From NCBI GenBank assembly GCA_965205015.1, contig OZ242029.1:1920001-1984000 (forward strand): DNA of 64,000 bases, given 5' to 3'. Of the stretch, positions 39,637-50,250 are shown piece by piece (within the stretch, counting starts at the first letter, position 1; the number at the start of each line of letters is the position of its first letter). The position numbers and the translations under genes were made by a program. The notes below the pieces were generated by a model, which saw only the letters and a list, made by a program, of their open reading frames with translations, was not told where the DNA came from and made no database searches. The stretch is from Candidatus Poribacteria bacterium. GTDB lineage: Bacteria; Poribacteria; WGA-4E; WGA-3G.

Positions 39637-40998
39637 TCAGTTGGTAAAGCGTCCGAGGCGCCGCCGAATGCGAATCTTGCGAATAGCACGTGGGTCAGCA
39701 TCTATAACGGTGATGATGGAATCACCTAAATCAAGTTCAGCGCCAATTTTTGGAATAGTGCCAGTCCGATCCAGAATATAGCCAGCAACCGTCTCATAAT
39801 CACCTTCGGGGATTGCGAGTCCGTAGTGTTCTTCCAGCAAATCTACTTCAGTTCTCGCATCACATTCAAGGATCTGCGGCGTAATCAGGCGGATAAATTC
39901 GGGAGCATCGCGTTCATCGGCAAATTCACCGACAATTTCTTCAACAAGGTCTTCGACGGTGACGAGACCCACCGTACCGCCATATTCATCAACAGCAAAT
40001 ACCATCGTATGCCGGGTATGCTGGATCTCTTTGAGGAGTGCATTAATGTTTTTAGATTCAGGTACGTGCAACACTGTTCGGATGAAAGGTTCAATCGTGT
40101 TAGGCGGGGTATCCGATTTTTCGTTGGGATTTGAATTCGCCTCTAATTCAACGTCATTGTAAATAACATCCAAGAGATTAACAATTCCAACGATATTATA
40201 AATTTGTTCTTCGTAGACCGGAATCCTTGAAAACCCGGAGTCAGCAGCGACTTGCAAAAAATCTTCGCATTTTGTATGCTTCTCAATCGCAACGATATCG
40301 ACAAGCGGCACCATGACCTGGGCAACCGTCCGGTTTTGTATATTGAGCAGGCTATGAATCATACGCCGTTGGTCGGTGTGTAGGTTGCCGGAGCGTTCCC
40401 CCATCGTTGCGAGGAGTCGGAGTTCTTCACGCTGCGCATCGGGACTCGGTGTGCTGGCACCCCTATCTACGAGTTTAACGATAAACTGCGTCAAAGTTTG
40501 CACAAGGTAGATGAGCGGCGCTAAAACCATTTCGGAAAGGCGTAGGAGGTAGGCATAGCGGAGCGCCAAGGTATCTGCCTTGACACGAAAGATAGTTTTC
40601 GGTAAAATTTCTCCAAAGATTAGGAGGAGTGTCGTTATACCAACCGTTGCAATGAGTCCCTGTAGACTTACTGCAAGGTTCGGGAAGCCTCGGGCAACAA
40701 GACCTTCACCGAGTTGCGCGATAAGCACATTTGCGAGATTCGTCCCGACCAGTGTCAGCGCGAGCATCCTCTGGGGCGATGCGACCAACCGATGAACGAT
40801 GCTCGCTCTGGCGTTCTCCGATTCAACAAGTTGATTAATTCGGAGTTTGTTCACCGAAACAAGTGCTGTTTCCGAACCAGAGTAAAAAGCTGACAGCACA
40901 AGGCAGACAAGAACTGCCAGCACAAGTGAACTTAACACAGCTATCTGTCCTGTGCTACTCGCACCGATTAAAAAGAGTGATAATAGAAGAATTTTCAA
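39637..40998 (-). CDS. CNNM/DUF21-CBS-CorC (hemolysin C family) membrane protein; start may be downstream
   Basis: SAFYSGSETA, FGEILPK, FSRIPVY, DEYGG, EDLVEEIVGE. Confidence 0.92.
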   Translation of the reverse strand: MKILLLSLFLIGASSTGQIAVLSSLVLAVLVCLVLSAFYSGSETALVSVNKLRINQLVESENARASIVHRLVASPQRMLALTLVGTNLANVLIAQLGEGLVARGFPNLAVSLQGLIATVGITTLLLIFGEILPKTIFRVKADTLALRYAYLLRLSEMVLAPLIYLVQTLTQFIVKLVDRGASTPSPDAQREELRLLATMGERSGNLHTDQRRMIHSLLNIQNRTVAQVMVPLVDIVAIEKHTKCEDFLQVAADSGFSRIPVYEEQIYNIVGIVNLLDVIYNDVELEANSNPNEKSDTPPNTIEPFIRTVLHVPESKNINALLKEIQHTRHTMVFAVDEYGGTVGLVTVEDLVEEIVGEFADERDAPEFIRLITPQILECDARTEVDLLEEHYGLAIPEGDYETVAGYILDRTGTIPKIGAELDLGDSIITVIDADPRAIRKIRIRRRLGRFTN

Positions 40999-41022
40999 TT
41001 GCTTTGTATACCGTATCCGTTG

Positions 41023-42369
41023 TTACACTTCAGTTTCGTTTCCGTTGACAACCGGCATCTTGATGAATAAACTTGTGATCGCATTGCCTTCTGTAGCAGT
41101 AATTTCAAATTCGATACCGTTCTCGTCAATATAGGATTCACCAACGGACGGAATGCGACCAAAGAGTCCGAGAACATAGCCACCAATGGTGTCTACGTCG
41201 TCTTCGCTGAGTTTTAATGCAAATTGCTGATTGAGTTCGCGAATGCTCATACGCCCAGAAGTTTCAAGTAACAACGGGGCTTCAGAGTGTTTGACCAGAT
41301 CAGGGGCGGCATCGTCTCTATCGTGTTCATCAACAATGTCTCCGACAACCTGTTCGATAATGTCTTCGGTGGTGACAATTCCTGAAACGCCGCCATACTC
41401 ATCTCGGAGGATCGCCATTTTGGTTTTTTCGCGGGTCAGTTGTAATAGCAATGCCCCGATCTTACGGGTCTCAAGGACAAAAATGGGGTCGCGAATGACG
41501 GAGGCATTAGAAGGCACTTCAGAAATCTGATCCCGTTTTTCGAGGAAAGCATCAAGTGTAAGTGAATTCGCAGCAGCGTGTCGCCAGAGTGCTAAATCTT
41601 TAACATAGAAGATGCCACAAATATTATCGATTTGCTCTTGATAGACCGGAATACGTGAAAACCCATATTCCTTTGCTTGCTTTAATGTTTCTTGAATAGT
41701 GTTTGATGTTGGCACTGCAATGACTTCAGTCCGTGGCACCATAATCTCTTTTGCCTCAATGTCACGTAATTGGAGAATATTGCTCACAATTTCCCGTTCA
41801 TCGGGCGGCAGGGCTTCTTCGTGATAGGTATCGACAATATCTCTAAAATCTGTTGCTGTGAGATGTTCTGTAGGGGATGGATGTCCGCCAAATACTGGAA
41901 TAAGAAAGTCAATGATCCGCCGTAACAAGCCACGTAACGGCGTAATGATAATGGAGAATATCCATAACGGCGGTGCAGCGACTTTTGAAAAAAATTCCGC
42001 ATGCTTAATCGCATAACTTTTCGGAGTCATTTCACCGAAAATAAGCATGAGGATGACACTGACGGCTGTGGCTGTGGCAAACTGGATCACTTCTGTGTAT
42101 TGCGGAAGCACCCGTTTCACAAGCCATAGCATCAATATCGCAAACGAGACATTGACAAGATTATTACCAAGTAGAACGGTGATAAACAGTCTGCGTGGGT
42201 TATCAACAAAACTAACGATTGCAGAAGCACTGCCTTTTTCAAGGCGGAGCCTTTCAATTTGAACGCGGGTCAGCGCGCATAGAGCCGTCTCGGAGCCGGA
42301 GAAGAAGCCTGAGAGGACGAGTAACCCTGCTAAACCGATTAGATAGGGGAGTAGTGGAACAACTTCCAT
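41023..42369 (-). CDS. CNNM/DUF21-CBS-CorC family membrane protein
   Basis: SGFFSGSETA, FGEMTPK, MVPR, FSRIPVY, DEYGG. Confidence 0.92.
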   Translation of the reverse strand: MEVVPLLPYLIGLAGLLVLSGFFSGSETALCALTRVQIERLRLEKGSASAIVSFVDNPRRLFITVLLGNNLVNVSFAILMLWLVKRVLPQYTEVIQFATATAVSVILMLIFGEMTPKSYAIKHAEFFSKVAAPPLWIFSIIITPLRGLLRRIIDFLIPVFGGHPSPTEHLTATDFRDIVDTYHEEALPPDEREIVSNILQLRDIEAKEIMVPRTEVIAVPTSNTIQETLKQAKEYGFSRIPVYQEQIDNICGIFYVKDLALWRHAAANSLTLDAFLEKRDQISEVPSNASVIRDPIFVLETRKIGALLLQLTREKTKMAILRDEYGGVSGIVTTEDIIEQVVGDIVDEHDRDDAAPDLVKHSEAPLLLETSGRMSIRELNQQFALKLSEDDVDTIGGYVLGLFGRIPSVGESYIDENGIEFEITATEGNAITSLFIKMPVVNGNETEV

Positions 42370-42586
42370 TCTTTTTTAAAAAACAATGTTTCGACGAAAT
42401 CGCAGGTCGAAAATTGTTATTAAGTGCACTGGATCAGCGGTAATTTGTAATCTGGGCATTTGCTTAATGATAACATATTGACAAAAAAATCGCAACAAAA
42501 ATATCACCTTTTACAGATAGTGTTTACAAGGCAATATTAAGAAATACCTTTAACCTCAAACGAATCCTACTAATTTTGAGGGGGCT

Positions 42587-43246
42587 ATGACAAAATTAGA
42601 ACAGATGCAACAGATTGAAGCCTGTGGTATTGTCGCGATTATTCGCGCCAATAGCGCAGATGAATTGATTGAAGCAGCGGCGGCAATTCATGCAGGTGGT
42701 GTTAACGTAATTGAAGTGACGATGACGACACCGAACGCGTTACAAGTAATTAACGATGTTTCAGCCACGTATGGGGATACTGTTCTCGTTGGTGCCGGAT
42801 CGGTGTTAGACGCAGAAACTGCACGCGCTGTGATGTTATCAGGCGCTGACTTTGTTGTCAGTCCAGTTACGAAATCAGAGGTCATCGAGATTTGTAACCG
42901 CTACGGTAAAGTTGTGATTCCTGGGGCTTTTACCCCAACCGAAATCTTGATGGCTTGGGAAACAGGTGCGGACTATGTGAAGGTGTTCCCGTCAAGTGGT
43001 GTTGGTGCCGATTATATAAAAGACGTGAAGGCACCGCTGCCACAAATCCCGTTGGTTCCAACAGGAGGCATCAACGCGGAAAACGCAGCTGATTTTATCA
43101 CAGCCGGGGCAACCGCTTTGGGAGTCGGTAGTGCACTCGTTAACAACCAACTCATTGCGGCTGGTGAATTCGGCAGCCTCACGGAGAGAGCTGAGAAGTT
43201 GGTTAAGGAGGTGCAACGCGCTCGATCAGGCTCCAATTCAGTTTAG
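42587..43246 (+). CDS. eda: KDPG/KHG aldolase
   Basis: IEVT, VGAGSV, PGAFTPTE, VKVFP, PTGG. Confidence 0.9.
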   Translation: MTKLEQMQQIEACGIVAIIRANSADELIEAAAAIHAGGVNVIEVTMTTPNALQVINDVSATYGDTVLVGAGSVLDAETARAVMLSGADFVVSPVTKSEVIEICNRYGKVVIPGAFTPTEILMAWETGADYVKVFPSSGVGADYIKDVKAPLPQIPLVPTGGINAENAADFITAGATALGVGSALVNNQLIAAGEFGSLTERAEKLVKEVQRARSGSNSV

Positions 43247-43331
43247 ATGTGTTCAAAATGTATTTTTATGTTGACAATTAATCTCAATTTTGTTAATTTT
43301 AATGTTAAAATGTATACCCTGTCCCCTTTGA

Positions 43332-45275
43332 GTGCCAATTATGCAGATTGATCAACTCATCTTAGATAAATATAGATTGCTTGAGTTTCTCAATTCAGGG
43401 GGATTCTCTTCGGTTTTTCGCGCCCGCGAAGAAATGACAAATCGGATTGTTGCGATTAAAGCCTTGGCAAAAACTGCCTATCCCGCCAGTAGAATGAAGT
43501 TTTTGCTGACCGAATTCCAAGCAATGTCGAAAATTTGGAAACATCCAAATATCGTCTCCATTCATACCGTCGAACCCGGCAAAGATGATTATGTTGCCTG
43601 GATAGTAATGGAATATGTTGAGGGTAAAAGTCTTCATGATCTCATGCAGGAGGGGGCACTCAGCCTAACAGATACCCTCAATATCGGCTTAGACATTTGT
43701 CGCGGACTAAAAGCAGCACATGCACACAAGATTATGCATCGCGATATCAAACCGCAGAATATTTTACTCACAACCGAAAAAGAGGCAAAAGTCGCCGACT
43801 TTAGCATCGCACGCATATTTGGCGAAACCACCGAATTCGCCGAGACCATGGCTGGCACGCGACGTTATATGGCACCCGAACAACACTACGGAGCTTATGA
43901 CTATCGCGCAGATCTTTATTCCACAGCACTCATCTTGTATCAAGCTGTAACCGGACGCTTCCCATTTTCAGGTGAAAACAAGGAAATTGATAAAAAGAAA
44001 GCAGCCGGGGAAATAGAGGAAATCCATAGATGCCCCGAAGTACTCCGCAATTTCCTACAAAAAGCACTGCACCGCCAACTCCCAGAACGCCATCAGAGTG
44101 CCGATGAGATGTACGAAGAACTGGATCGGATTCGCCAAGATGAGTATGTGAAACAAGTGTCCCAACTTATTGAAGCAAGCGTTAATTCTAATAATCCGAG
44201 ATTAGCAGAAGCACTTGAACGATACCGTAAAATGTTTCGGCTCTCACTCGCAGATGCCGAACGGATGAATCAAAATCTCTTTTTTCAACGACGACAGAAA
44301 GAGGAAAATAGTAAACGCGAGAAGATCCTAACCCAAGTTCAAAAACACTATACACTCGCCACACGTTACATCGAAAACCAAGATTTTCAAAGCGTGCTAT
44401 CAGAACTCAACAAAGCAAGCAGTCTTTGTATCGACGATCGGGACTTAACCGGAGTTATAGACAATTTGTTTGACGAGCTCAGATCCGAGAACATGGTTTT
44501 TCCATCAAGCCTGACTGTTGAGGAAATTGTTGCACTCATTCAGAAATTACCGGAGAATGAAAGTAGTGTTCTTCGTACGTGGCTTGAACATCAAGTACCA
44601 GCACCGGAAGAAACAATAGATGTAACGCCCATACGCCCTCGCGTGAGAGCAACCGGCAGTTATCGACTCATAATTGAGGAAGCCTCACCGGAATTCCTGC
44701 TTGATCAGGTTCACAGCGACATCCAATATCCACACGAGATAGAAGCATTTCGTATCTTCCGGCAAATTCAAATCTATGAACAACAGGGGCGGACCGGGCA
44801 GTGTCACGTGCTTTATAGGAAACTCGGTAAATTCTATCAAAAGCAGGCTAACAATTTTGTCAAGAAAGACGATTTAGAACTCGTCGCTAACTGTTATACG
44901 CGCGCCCGTTTTGCTTACACCGTTGCAGAGAAACAGCGGCTCGCCAGGAAAAACGCTAAAAAGGGTGGGATTTATTACACGCGCTTGGCACGTCAATTCG
45001 AACTACAGCGTTCCTGGGAAGAAGCAGGAAAATCTTATATCCTCGCTGCTTACAATCATAGCTACGCAAATTTGCTGTCGCTTGTCGAAGAATGCCATCG
45101 GATGGCAATCGTCTGTTATTTTAACGCTGCTGAAAGTGCGCATCTCAATAATGACTTACAAACCGCTTATGACTTTTACACGTTAATCTTAGCAGTTGGT
45201 GAAAAAATGTCTACACCGACAAAAATGGTAAGCGAAGCACAAAAATTAATGTCGGAAATCCCGGTCGAAGGTTAA
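43332..45275 (+). CDS. Hanks-type Ser/Thr kinase with helical (TPR-like) C-terminus
   Basis: GGFSSV, VAIK, HRDIKPQN, DFSIA, GT..YMAPE; no TM segment seen. Confidence 0.9.
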   Translation: MPIMQIDQLILDKYRLLEFLNSGGFSSVFRAREEMTNRIVAIKALAKTAYPASRMKFLLTEFQAMSKIWKHPNIVSIHTVEPGKDDYVAWIVMEYVEGKSLHDLMQEGALSLTDTLNIGLDICRGLKAAHAHKIMHRDIKPQNILLTTEKEAKVADFSIARIFGETTEFAETMAGTRRYMAPEQHYGAYDYRADLYSTALILYQAVTGRFPFSGENKEIDKKKAAGEIEEIHRCPEVLRNFLQKALHRQLPERHQSADEMYEELDRIRQDEYVKQVSQLIEASVNSNNPRLAEALERYRKMFRLSLADAERMNQNLFFQRRQKEENSKREKILTQVQKHYTLATRYIENQDFQSVLSELNKASSLCIDDRDLTGVIDNLFDELRSENMVFPSSLTVEEIVALIQKLPENESSVLRTWLEHQVPAPEETIDVTPIRPRVRATGSYRLIIEEASPEFLLDQVHSDIQYPHEIEAFRIFRQIQIYEQQGRTGQCHVLYRKLGKFYQKQANNFVKKDDLELVANCYTRARFAYTVAEKQRLARKNAKKGGIYYTRLARQFELQRSWEEAGKSYILAAYNHSYANLLSLVEECHRMAIVCYFNAAESAHLNNDLQTAYDFYTLILAVGEKMSTPTKMVSEAQKLMSEIPVEG

Positions 45276-45286
45276 AGGAACTACAC

Positions 45287-46075
45287 GTGAAAGCAGCTTT
45301 AAAACGCGGAGAAGTGCTTGTCGGAACATTTGTACTTGAATTCGCTGGCTCCGCAATTGCAACACTGCTCGCAAGTGCCGGGGCAGACTTTCTTATCGCA
45401 GACTTGGAACACAGCTCCTTCTCCATAGAAACGATTGGACGGACAATTCGGAACGCACGGGGTTCAAACCTTCCCTGTATTGTCCGTGTTCCGACACTTG
45501 AACGCCACTTTGTCTCTCGAGTACTTGATGCAGGCGCAACCGGAGTCATGATTCCTCGGGTCGAATCCTCTGAAGACCTTGAGAAAATTAAGAAATGGAC
45601 AAAATACGCCCCTGAAGGTGACCGAGGCGTCGCTTTCGGTATTGGACATACCGATTATGGGGACTTCACAAAACTCGATACCAGAGAGTATGTCCACAAC
45701 GCAAATCAAGAAATCCTCACCATCGGGCAAATTGAAACCATCCAAGCTGTTGAAAACCTAAATGAGATCCTTGAGGCTGGTGAATTGGATGTTGTATTTA
45801 TCGGTCCCTACGACCTATCCACATCTATGGGTATCTCCGGTGAACTCAGCCATCCACTGCTTTTAGAAGCCATAAAAAATATTATTAACCTCACGCAGAC
45901 ACATAATATTCCTTTAGGCTGTTATGTCAACGACTTTGAGAGCGGTGAACAGTGGTTAAATCTCGGTGTTCAATTGATCGCGTGCGGAAATGATGCTTTT
46001 CTCTTAACCCGTAAATTTGCTGAGGAACATCAAAAATTCAAAAATGCCGTAACAGTTTCAAACACCCGTAAATAA
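45287..46075 (+). CDS. HpcH/HpaI class II aldolase
   Basis: DLEH, VRVP, LDAGA.GVMIP, QIET, FIGPYDLS. Confidence 0.9.
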   Translation: MKAALKRGEVLVGTFVLEFAGSAIATLLASAGADFLIADLEHSSFSIETIGRTIRNARGSNLPCIVRVPTLERHFVSRVLDAGATGVMIPRVESSEDLEKIKKWTKYAPEGDRGVAFGIGHTDYGDFTKLDTREYVHNANQEILTIGQIETIQAVENLNEILEAGELDVVFIGPYDLSTSMGISGELSHPLLLEAIKNIINLTQTHNIPLGCYVNDFESGEQWLNLGVQLIACGNDAFLLTRKFAEEHQKFKNAVTVSNTRK

Positions 46076-46125
46076 AGGGTTGACCGGTTTTTAATTTTTA
46101 AAATAGCATACACGCTGCAGAAAAA

Positions 46126-47133
46126 ATGGAAACTTACGATATTCTCACAATCGGACGAAGTTCTTTAGACCTCTACGCGAACGACATCGGTGCGGCGTTT
46201 CCAGATATTAAAAGTTTTGGTGCCTTTGTCGGCGGATGTCCTACAAATATCAGCGTGGGTGTCCAGCGGCTCGGGCTTCAAGCTGCCCTTCTCACAGCCG
46301 TCGGTGAGGATCCCGTTGGCGAGTTTCTACTCAAGTTTTTGAAGGATGAGGGCGTTGAAATTCAGTTTATTCCACACAAACCCGGGTATCGAACAAGTGC
46401 CGTCGTACTCGGTATTGAGCCGCCAGATCGCTTCCCATTGATTTATTATCGCGATAACTGTGCGGATATTGAACTCACTATTGACGATGTTCTCGCCTCG
46501 CCGATCGCTGAAAGTCGAGCAGTGCTAATATCTGGAACGGGCTTGAGTAAAGAACCGAGTCGCAGCGCAACACTCTACGCTGCAGAACAAGCACAAGCAC
46601 TCGGCAAACACGTCTTTTTGGACCTGGATTTCCGGGCGGATCAGTGGCATGATCCAAGAGCCTTCGGTGTTGTCATGCGATCAGCTTTACGTTATATTGA
46701 TATTGCCATCGGGACAGAGGAAGAGATCAAAGCCGCAACGCTTACGAGCCTTTCACAACTCACAATTGAACACTCTCAAATCTCAAATCCTACGATTGAA
46801 GGGGATATGGCACTTGCGATTGAGACACTTTTAAGCGCGGGTCCAGACGCACTGATAGTAAAACGTGGGATTGAAGGCGCGGATGTTCATTTAGCGACCG
46901 GAGAAATCGTTCACGCGGAACCCTTTCCTGTCGAAGTTTACAATACACTCGGTGCTGGTGATGCTTTCGCGAGCGGTTTTATTTACGGTCATCTCAGTAG
47001 TTGGGGTTGGAAAAAATCTGCCCGTCTCGGCAATGCCACGGGTGCGATTGTCGTAACACGGCACGGTTGTGCAAACTTTATGCCGACAATGCCCGAAGTT
47101 GATGAATTTGTCGCAGAACGCGGCGGATGGTAA
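46126..47133 (+). CDS. iolC: 5-dehydro-2-deoxygluconokinase
   Basis: IGRSSLDLY, GGCPTN, YYRDNCAD, LSKEPSR, LGAGDAF. Confidence 0.9.
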   Translation: METYDILTIGRSSLDLYANDIGAAFPDIKSFGAFVGGCPTNISVGVQRLGLQAALLTAVGEDPVGEFLLKFLKDEGVEIQFIPHKPGYRTSAVVLGIEPPDRFPLIYYRDNCADIELTIDDVLASPIAESRAVLISGTGLSKEPSRSATLYAAEQAQALGKHVFLDLDFRADQWHDPRAFGVVMRSALRYIDIAIGTEEEIKAATLTSLSQLTIEHSQISNPTIEGDMALAIETLLSAGPDALIVKRGIEGADVHLATGEIVHAEPFPVEVYNTLGAGDAFASGFIYGHLSSWGWKKSARLGNATGAIVVTRHGCANFMPTMPEVDEFVAERGGW

Positions 47134-47196
47134 CACACTGTGGTTTGGGTGCCATACCGCAGCCATACACTACTTGTCAAAGGAGCAGCAATTCTC

Positions 47197-49062
47197 ATGA
47201 AAGTACAGAAACTCACGATGGGACAAGCCATCGTTCAATTTCTTCGACAACAATATGTCGAACGAGATGGGAACGAAACCCAATTTTTTGCGGGTATGTT
47301 CGGAATCTTCGGTCACGGAAACGTTGCTGGTATCGGTCAAGCGTTGCATCAGTATTCCGATGCCTTCCGTTTCTACCAGACTCGGAACGAACAATCCATG
47401 GTACATACCGCCGCTGCATTTACCAAAATGAACAATCGCCTGCGAACTTTTGCTTGCACGACGTCCATCGGACCAGGCGCAACAAACATGGTTACGGGTG
47501 CTGCAGGCGCAACGATTAACCGACTGCCGGTGCTCTTACTACCGGGTGACATTTTTTCCACACGCTTAGTCGCCCCAGTTTTACAGCAGCTCGAATCCGC
47601 CAGTTCACAAGATTATTCAGTGAACGATTGTTTCAAGCCGATTTCGCGGTATTGGGACCGAATTAATCGTCCAGAGCAGATAATTACTGCCTTGCCAGAG
47701 GCAATGCGAGTGCTAACATCGCAGGCTGATACAGGGACAGTAACCTTAGCACTTCCACAAGACGTTCAGGCTGAAGCGTATGATTATCCCTCACAACTTT
47801 TTGAGAAACGTGTTTATACCATATCTCGACCCCGGGCTGATGTAAGCCTACTTAATCGCGCAACGGCATGGATTCGTGAAAGTCAACGCCCTTTAATTAT
47901 TGCCGGTGGTGGTGTCATCTACGGTGAAGCCACAGCGCAACTCGCACAATTCGCAGAGAAAACCGGTATTCCTGTCGGTGAAACTTTCGCCGGAAAAGGT
48001 TCACTGTCCTACAACCATCCACAAAATCTTGGAGCGATAGGGGCGACGGGAACGCCAGGGGCAAATATCACTGCCCGAGAGGCAGATTTGGTAATCGCAA
48101 TCGGCACGCGCTTGAGCGATTTTACGACTGCTTCCAAGACTGCTTTCCAAAACCCCAACGTCCGTTTCATTAACATTAATGTTGCGGAATTCGATGCCTT
48201 TAAACATGCCGCCTTACCGCTCGTCGCCGACGCGCGCGTCACACTTGAGGAACTCGCTACCGCCGTCGGGAACTATCACGTTGATGCCGCCTATGCCACA
48301 CAAATTAAGAACTATCGCGATGAATGGGAAGAAGAAGTGGATCGGCTTTACCACCTTGGTCATCATCCTTTACCGAGTCAAAGTGAGGTCATCGGTGTGG
48401 TTAACGAATTTTCACGTCCCGAAGATGTCATGGTTTGCGCGGCAGGGAGTCTCCCTGGGGACTTGCACAAGTTGTGGCGCACTCGTAACCCGAAGCAGTA
48501 CCATTTAGAATACGGATACTCCTGTATGGGTTACGAAATTGCTGGTGGATTGGGCATCAAAATGGCAGATCCGAACCGCGATGTTTACGTCATGGTTGGT
48601 GATGGTTCATACTTAATGCTGGCGCAAGAGATCATCACGTCAATTCAGGAAGGTTTTAAACTCATTATTGTGCTTGTGAACAACGAGGGGCATAGCAGCA
48701 TCGGCGGATTGTCTCGGGCAACCGGTGCACAAGGCTTTGCTACCCGCTTCCGCTATCGCGACGAAGAGACTGGTGAACTTGAGGGCGACTTTTTACCAGT
48801 GGATCTCGCCGCGAATGCCGCCAGTCTTGGTGCCAAGGTAATTGAGGCAACAACCTTGCAAAGCCTAAAAGCCGCTCTCCATGAGGCACGAGAAGCTGAG
48901 CACACGACCGTTGTGAAAATTGATGTCGACTACTACCAAGGAGTTCCGCGCTATGAATCGTGGTGGGATGTACCTATCGCAGAAGTCTCCGAAGTTGACA
49001 CGGCGCAAGAGGCGTATGAAGAATACGAATTGGATAAGAAAAAGGAACGCTACTTCCTTTAG
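47197..49062 (+). CDS. iolD: 3D-(3,5/4)-trihydroxycyclohexane-1,2-dione acylhydrolase
   Basis: GIFGHGNVAG, RNEQ, AAGSLPGDLHKLW, EYGYSCMGYE, SWWDVP. Confidence 0.95.
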   Translation: MKVQKLTMGQAIVQFLRQQYVERDGNETQFFAGMFGIFGHGNVAGIGQALHQYSDAFRFYQTRNEQSMVHTAAAFTKMNNRLRTFACTTSIGPGATNMVTGAAGATINRLPVLLLPGDIFSTRLVAPVLQQLESASSQDYSVNDCFKPISRYWDRINRPEQIITALPEAMRVLTSQADTGTVTLALPQDVQAEAYDYPSQLFEKRVYTISRPRADVSLLNRATAWIRESQRPLIIAGGGVIYGEATAQLAQFAEKTGIPVGETFAGKGSLSYNHPQNLGAIGATGTPGANITAREADLVIAIGTRLSDFTTASKTAFQNPNVRFININVAEFDAFKHAALPLVADARVTLEELATAVGNYHVDAAYATQIKNYRDEWEEEVDRLYHLGHHPLPSQSEVIGVVNEFSRPEDVMVCAAGSLPGDLHKLWRTRNPKQYHLEYGYSCMGYEIAGGLGIKMADPNRDVYVMVGDGSYLMLAQEIITSIQEGFKLIIVLVNNEGHSSIGGLSRATGAQGFATRFRYRDEETGELEGDFLPVDLAANAASLGAKVIEATTLQSLKAALHEAREAEHTTVVKIDVDYYQGVPRYESWWDVPIAEVSEVDTAQEAYEEYELDKKKERYFL

Positions 49063-49093
49063 TCTTTGAATTGATGCGAACAAAGGGAAAGCC

Positions 49094-49333
49094 ATGAAAG
49101 CATCAGAACTGTTAGCAAAAGTCAAATCGGGATACGCTATTCCTTGCGATTCATGTGATGAGAAAATCCCAGCGAATGACATTTTGGGATTTGTGTTTAA
49201 GTTGGGAACACTCGCGCCGGGCATGGAAAACGCAAACGTCGGTGATATTACCTGCGTTAAATGCCAAATTGCAGATCCAGATATTAATACTGAACCGCGC
49301 GGACCAGATGTTAAATTCGTTCGTGGTGACTGA
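49094..49333 (+). CDS. Small CxxC...CxxC (Zn-binding-like) protein
   Basis: 79 aa; CDSC and CVKC; AGGGA RBS. Confidence 0.65.
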   Translation: MKASELLAKVKSGYAIPCDSCDEKIPANDILGFVFKLGTLAPGMENANVGDITCVKCQIADPDINTEPRGPDVKFVRGD

Positions 49334-49336
49334 TCT

Positions 49337-49440
49337 GTGATACCACCCAACGCCTAAAGGCGTGGGCTTCGGCTTCATAGCGACTGCGGTTTTCGCTCAA
49401 GCGGCCACCGTCTTACTGTCGCTCCACCCGCGGGTTCTTA
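49337..49440 (-). mobile_element. Orphan IS200/IS605 right end / TnpB omegaRNA scaffold remnant
   Basis: Minus strand reads GTGGAG...GTAAGAC...GCAGTCGCTATGAAGCCGAAGCCCACGCCTTTAGGCGTTGGGTGGTATCAC, the typical tnpB 3'/right-end pattern; no tnpB ORF. Confidence 0.7.
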
Positions 49441-49498
49441 TTCCGACAATCCGTCAATGCCCGTAAGGATTGGTATCCGTATTTGCCCACACTTCGAT

Positions 49499-50239
49499 AT
49501 GTCCGAATACATTGTTGGTAGAAATCCAGTTATAGAACACCTACAGCGTGGGACTCAAGCCATAGAAAAAATCTGGATTGCCAAAGGGAATACCCACTCG
49601 CGCATCCAACATATTGTCTCAATGGCGGAAAAGGCGGGAGTCCCTATAAAACGCTGTACGCGACGTGAACTGGATAGACTTGAGCCATCTGTACCACACC
49701 AAGGTGTTATCGCCCTTGTCAATCCAACGCGTTACAAGGATCTGCCCTCAATACTCGCGAAAATAGAACACAGTCAACACAACGCGCTATTAATTATCTT
49801 AGATAACATTCAAGACCCAAGAAACCTTGGGGCGATTCTCCGTACCGCTGATGCTGTAAATGCCGATGCTGTTATCATTCCAAAAAATCGTGCTGTCGGT
49901 ATCACAGCAGCTGTTCACAAAGCATCAGCCGGTGCATCCACATATGTACCTATCGTCAAAGTGACGAACATCGCACATACCATAGACACGCTTAAAAACA
50001 GAGGAATCTGGGTTGCCGGGACCGCTGGGAATGCATCTTGTCTGTACACAGAGGCTGACTTTAGGGTGCCACTGTGTCTCGTCTTAGGAAGTGAAGGTAA
50101 AGGTCTCCGACGGCTTGTCAAACAGAAATGTGATTATCTTGTTCACCTGCCGATGTTAGGCACAATTGACTCTCTCAACGTTTCAGTTGCAGCGGGTGTG
50201 CTGTTATATGAAGTCATTCGGCAGCGCCATGTGAAATGA
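49499..50239 (+). CDS. rlmB: 23S rRNA (Gm2251) 2'-O-methyltransferase
   Basis: GRNPV.E, HQGV, DPRNLGAILRTA, LGSEGKGL, SLNVSVA. Confidence 0.93.
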   Translation: MSEYIVGRNPVIEHLQRGTQAIEKIWIAKGNTHSRIQHIVSMAEKAGVPIKRCTRRELDRLEPSVPHQGVIALVNPTRYKDLPSILAKIEHSQHNALLIILDNIQDPRNLGAILRTADAVNADAVIIPKNRAVGITAAVHKASAGASTYVPIVKVTNIAHTIDTLKNRGIWVAGTAGNASCLYTEADFRVPLCLVLGSEGKGLRRLVKQKCDYLVHLPMLGTIDSLNVSVAAGVLLYEVIRQRHVK

Positions 50240-50250
50240 ATCAGCGTACT

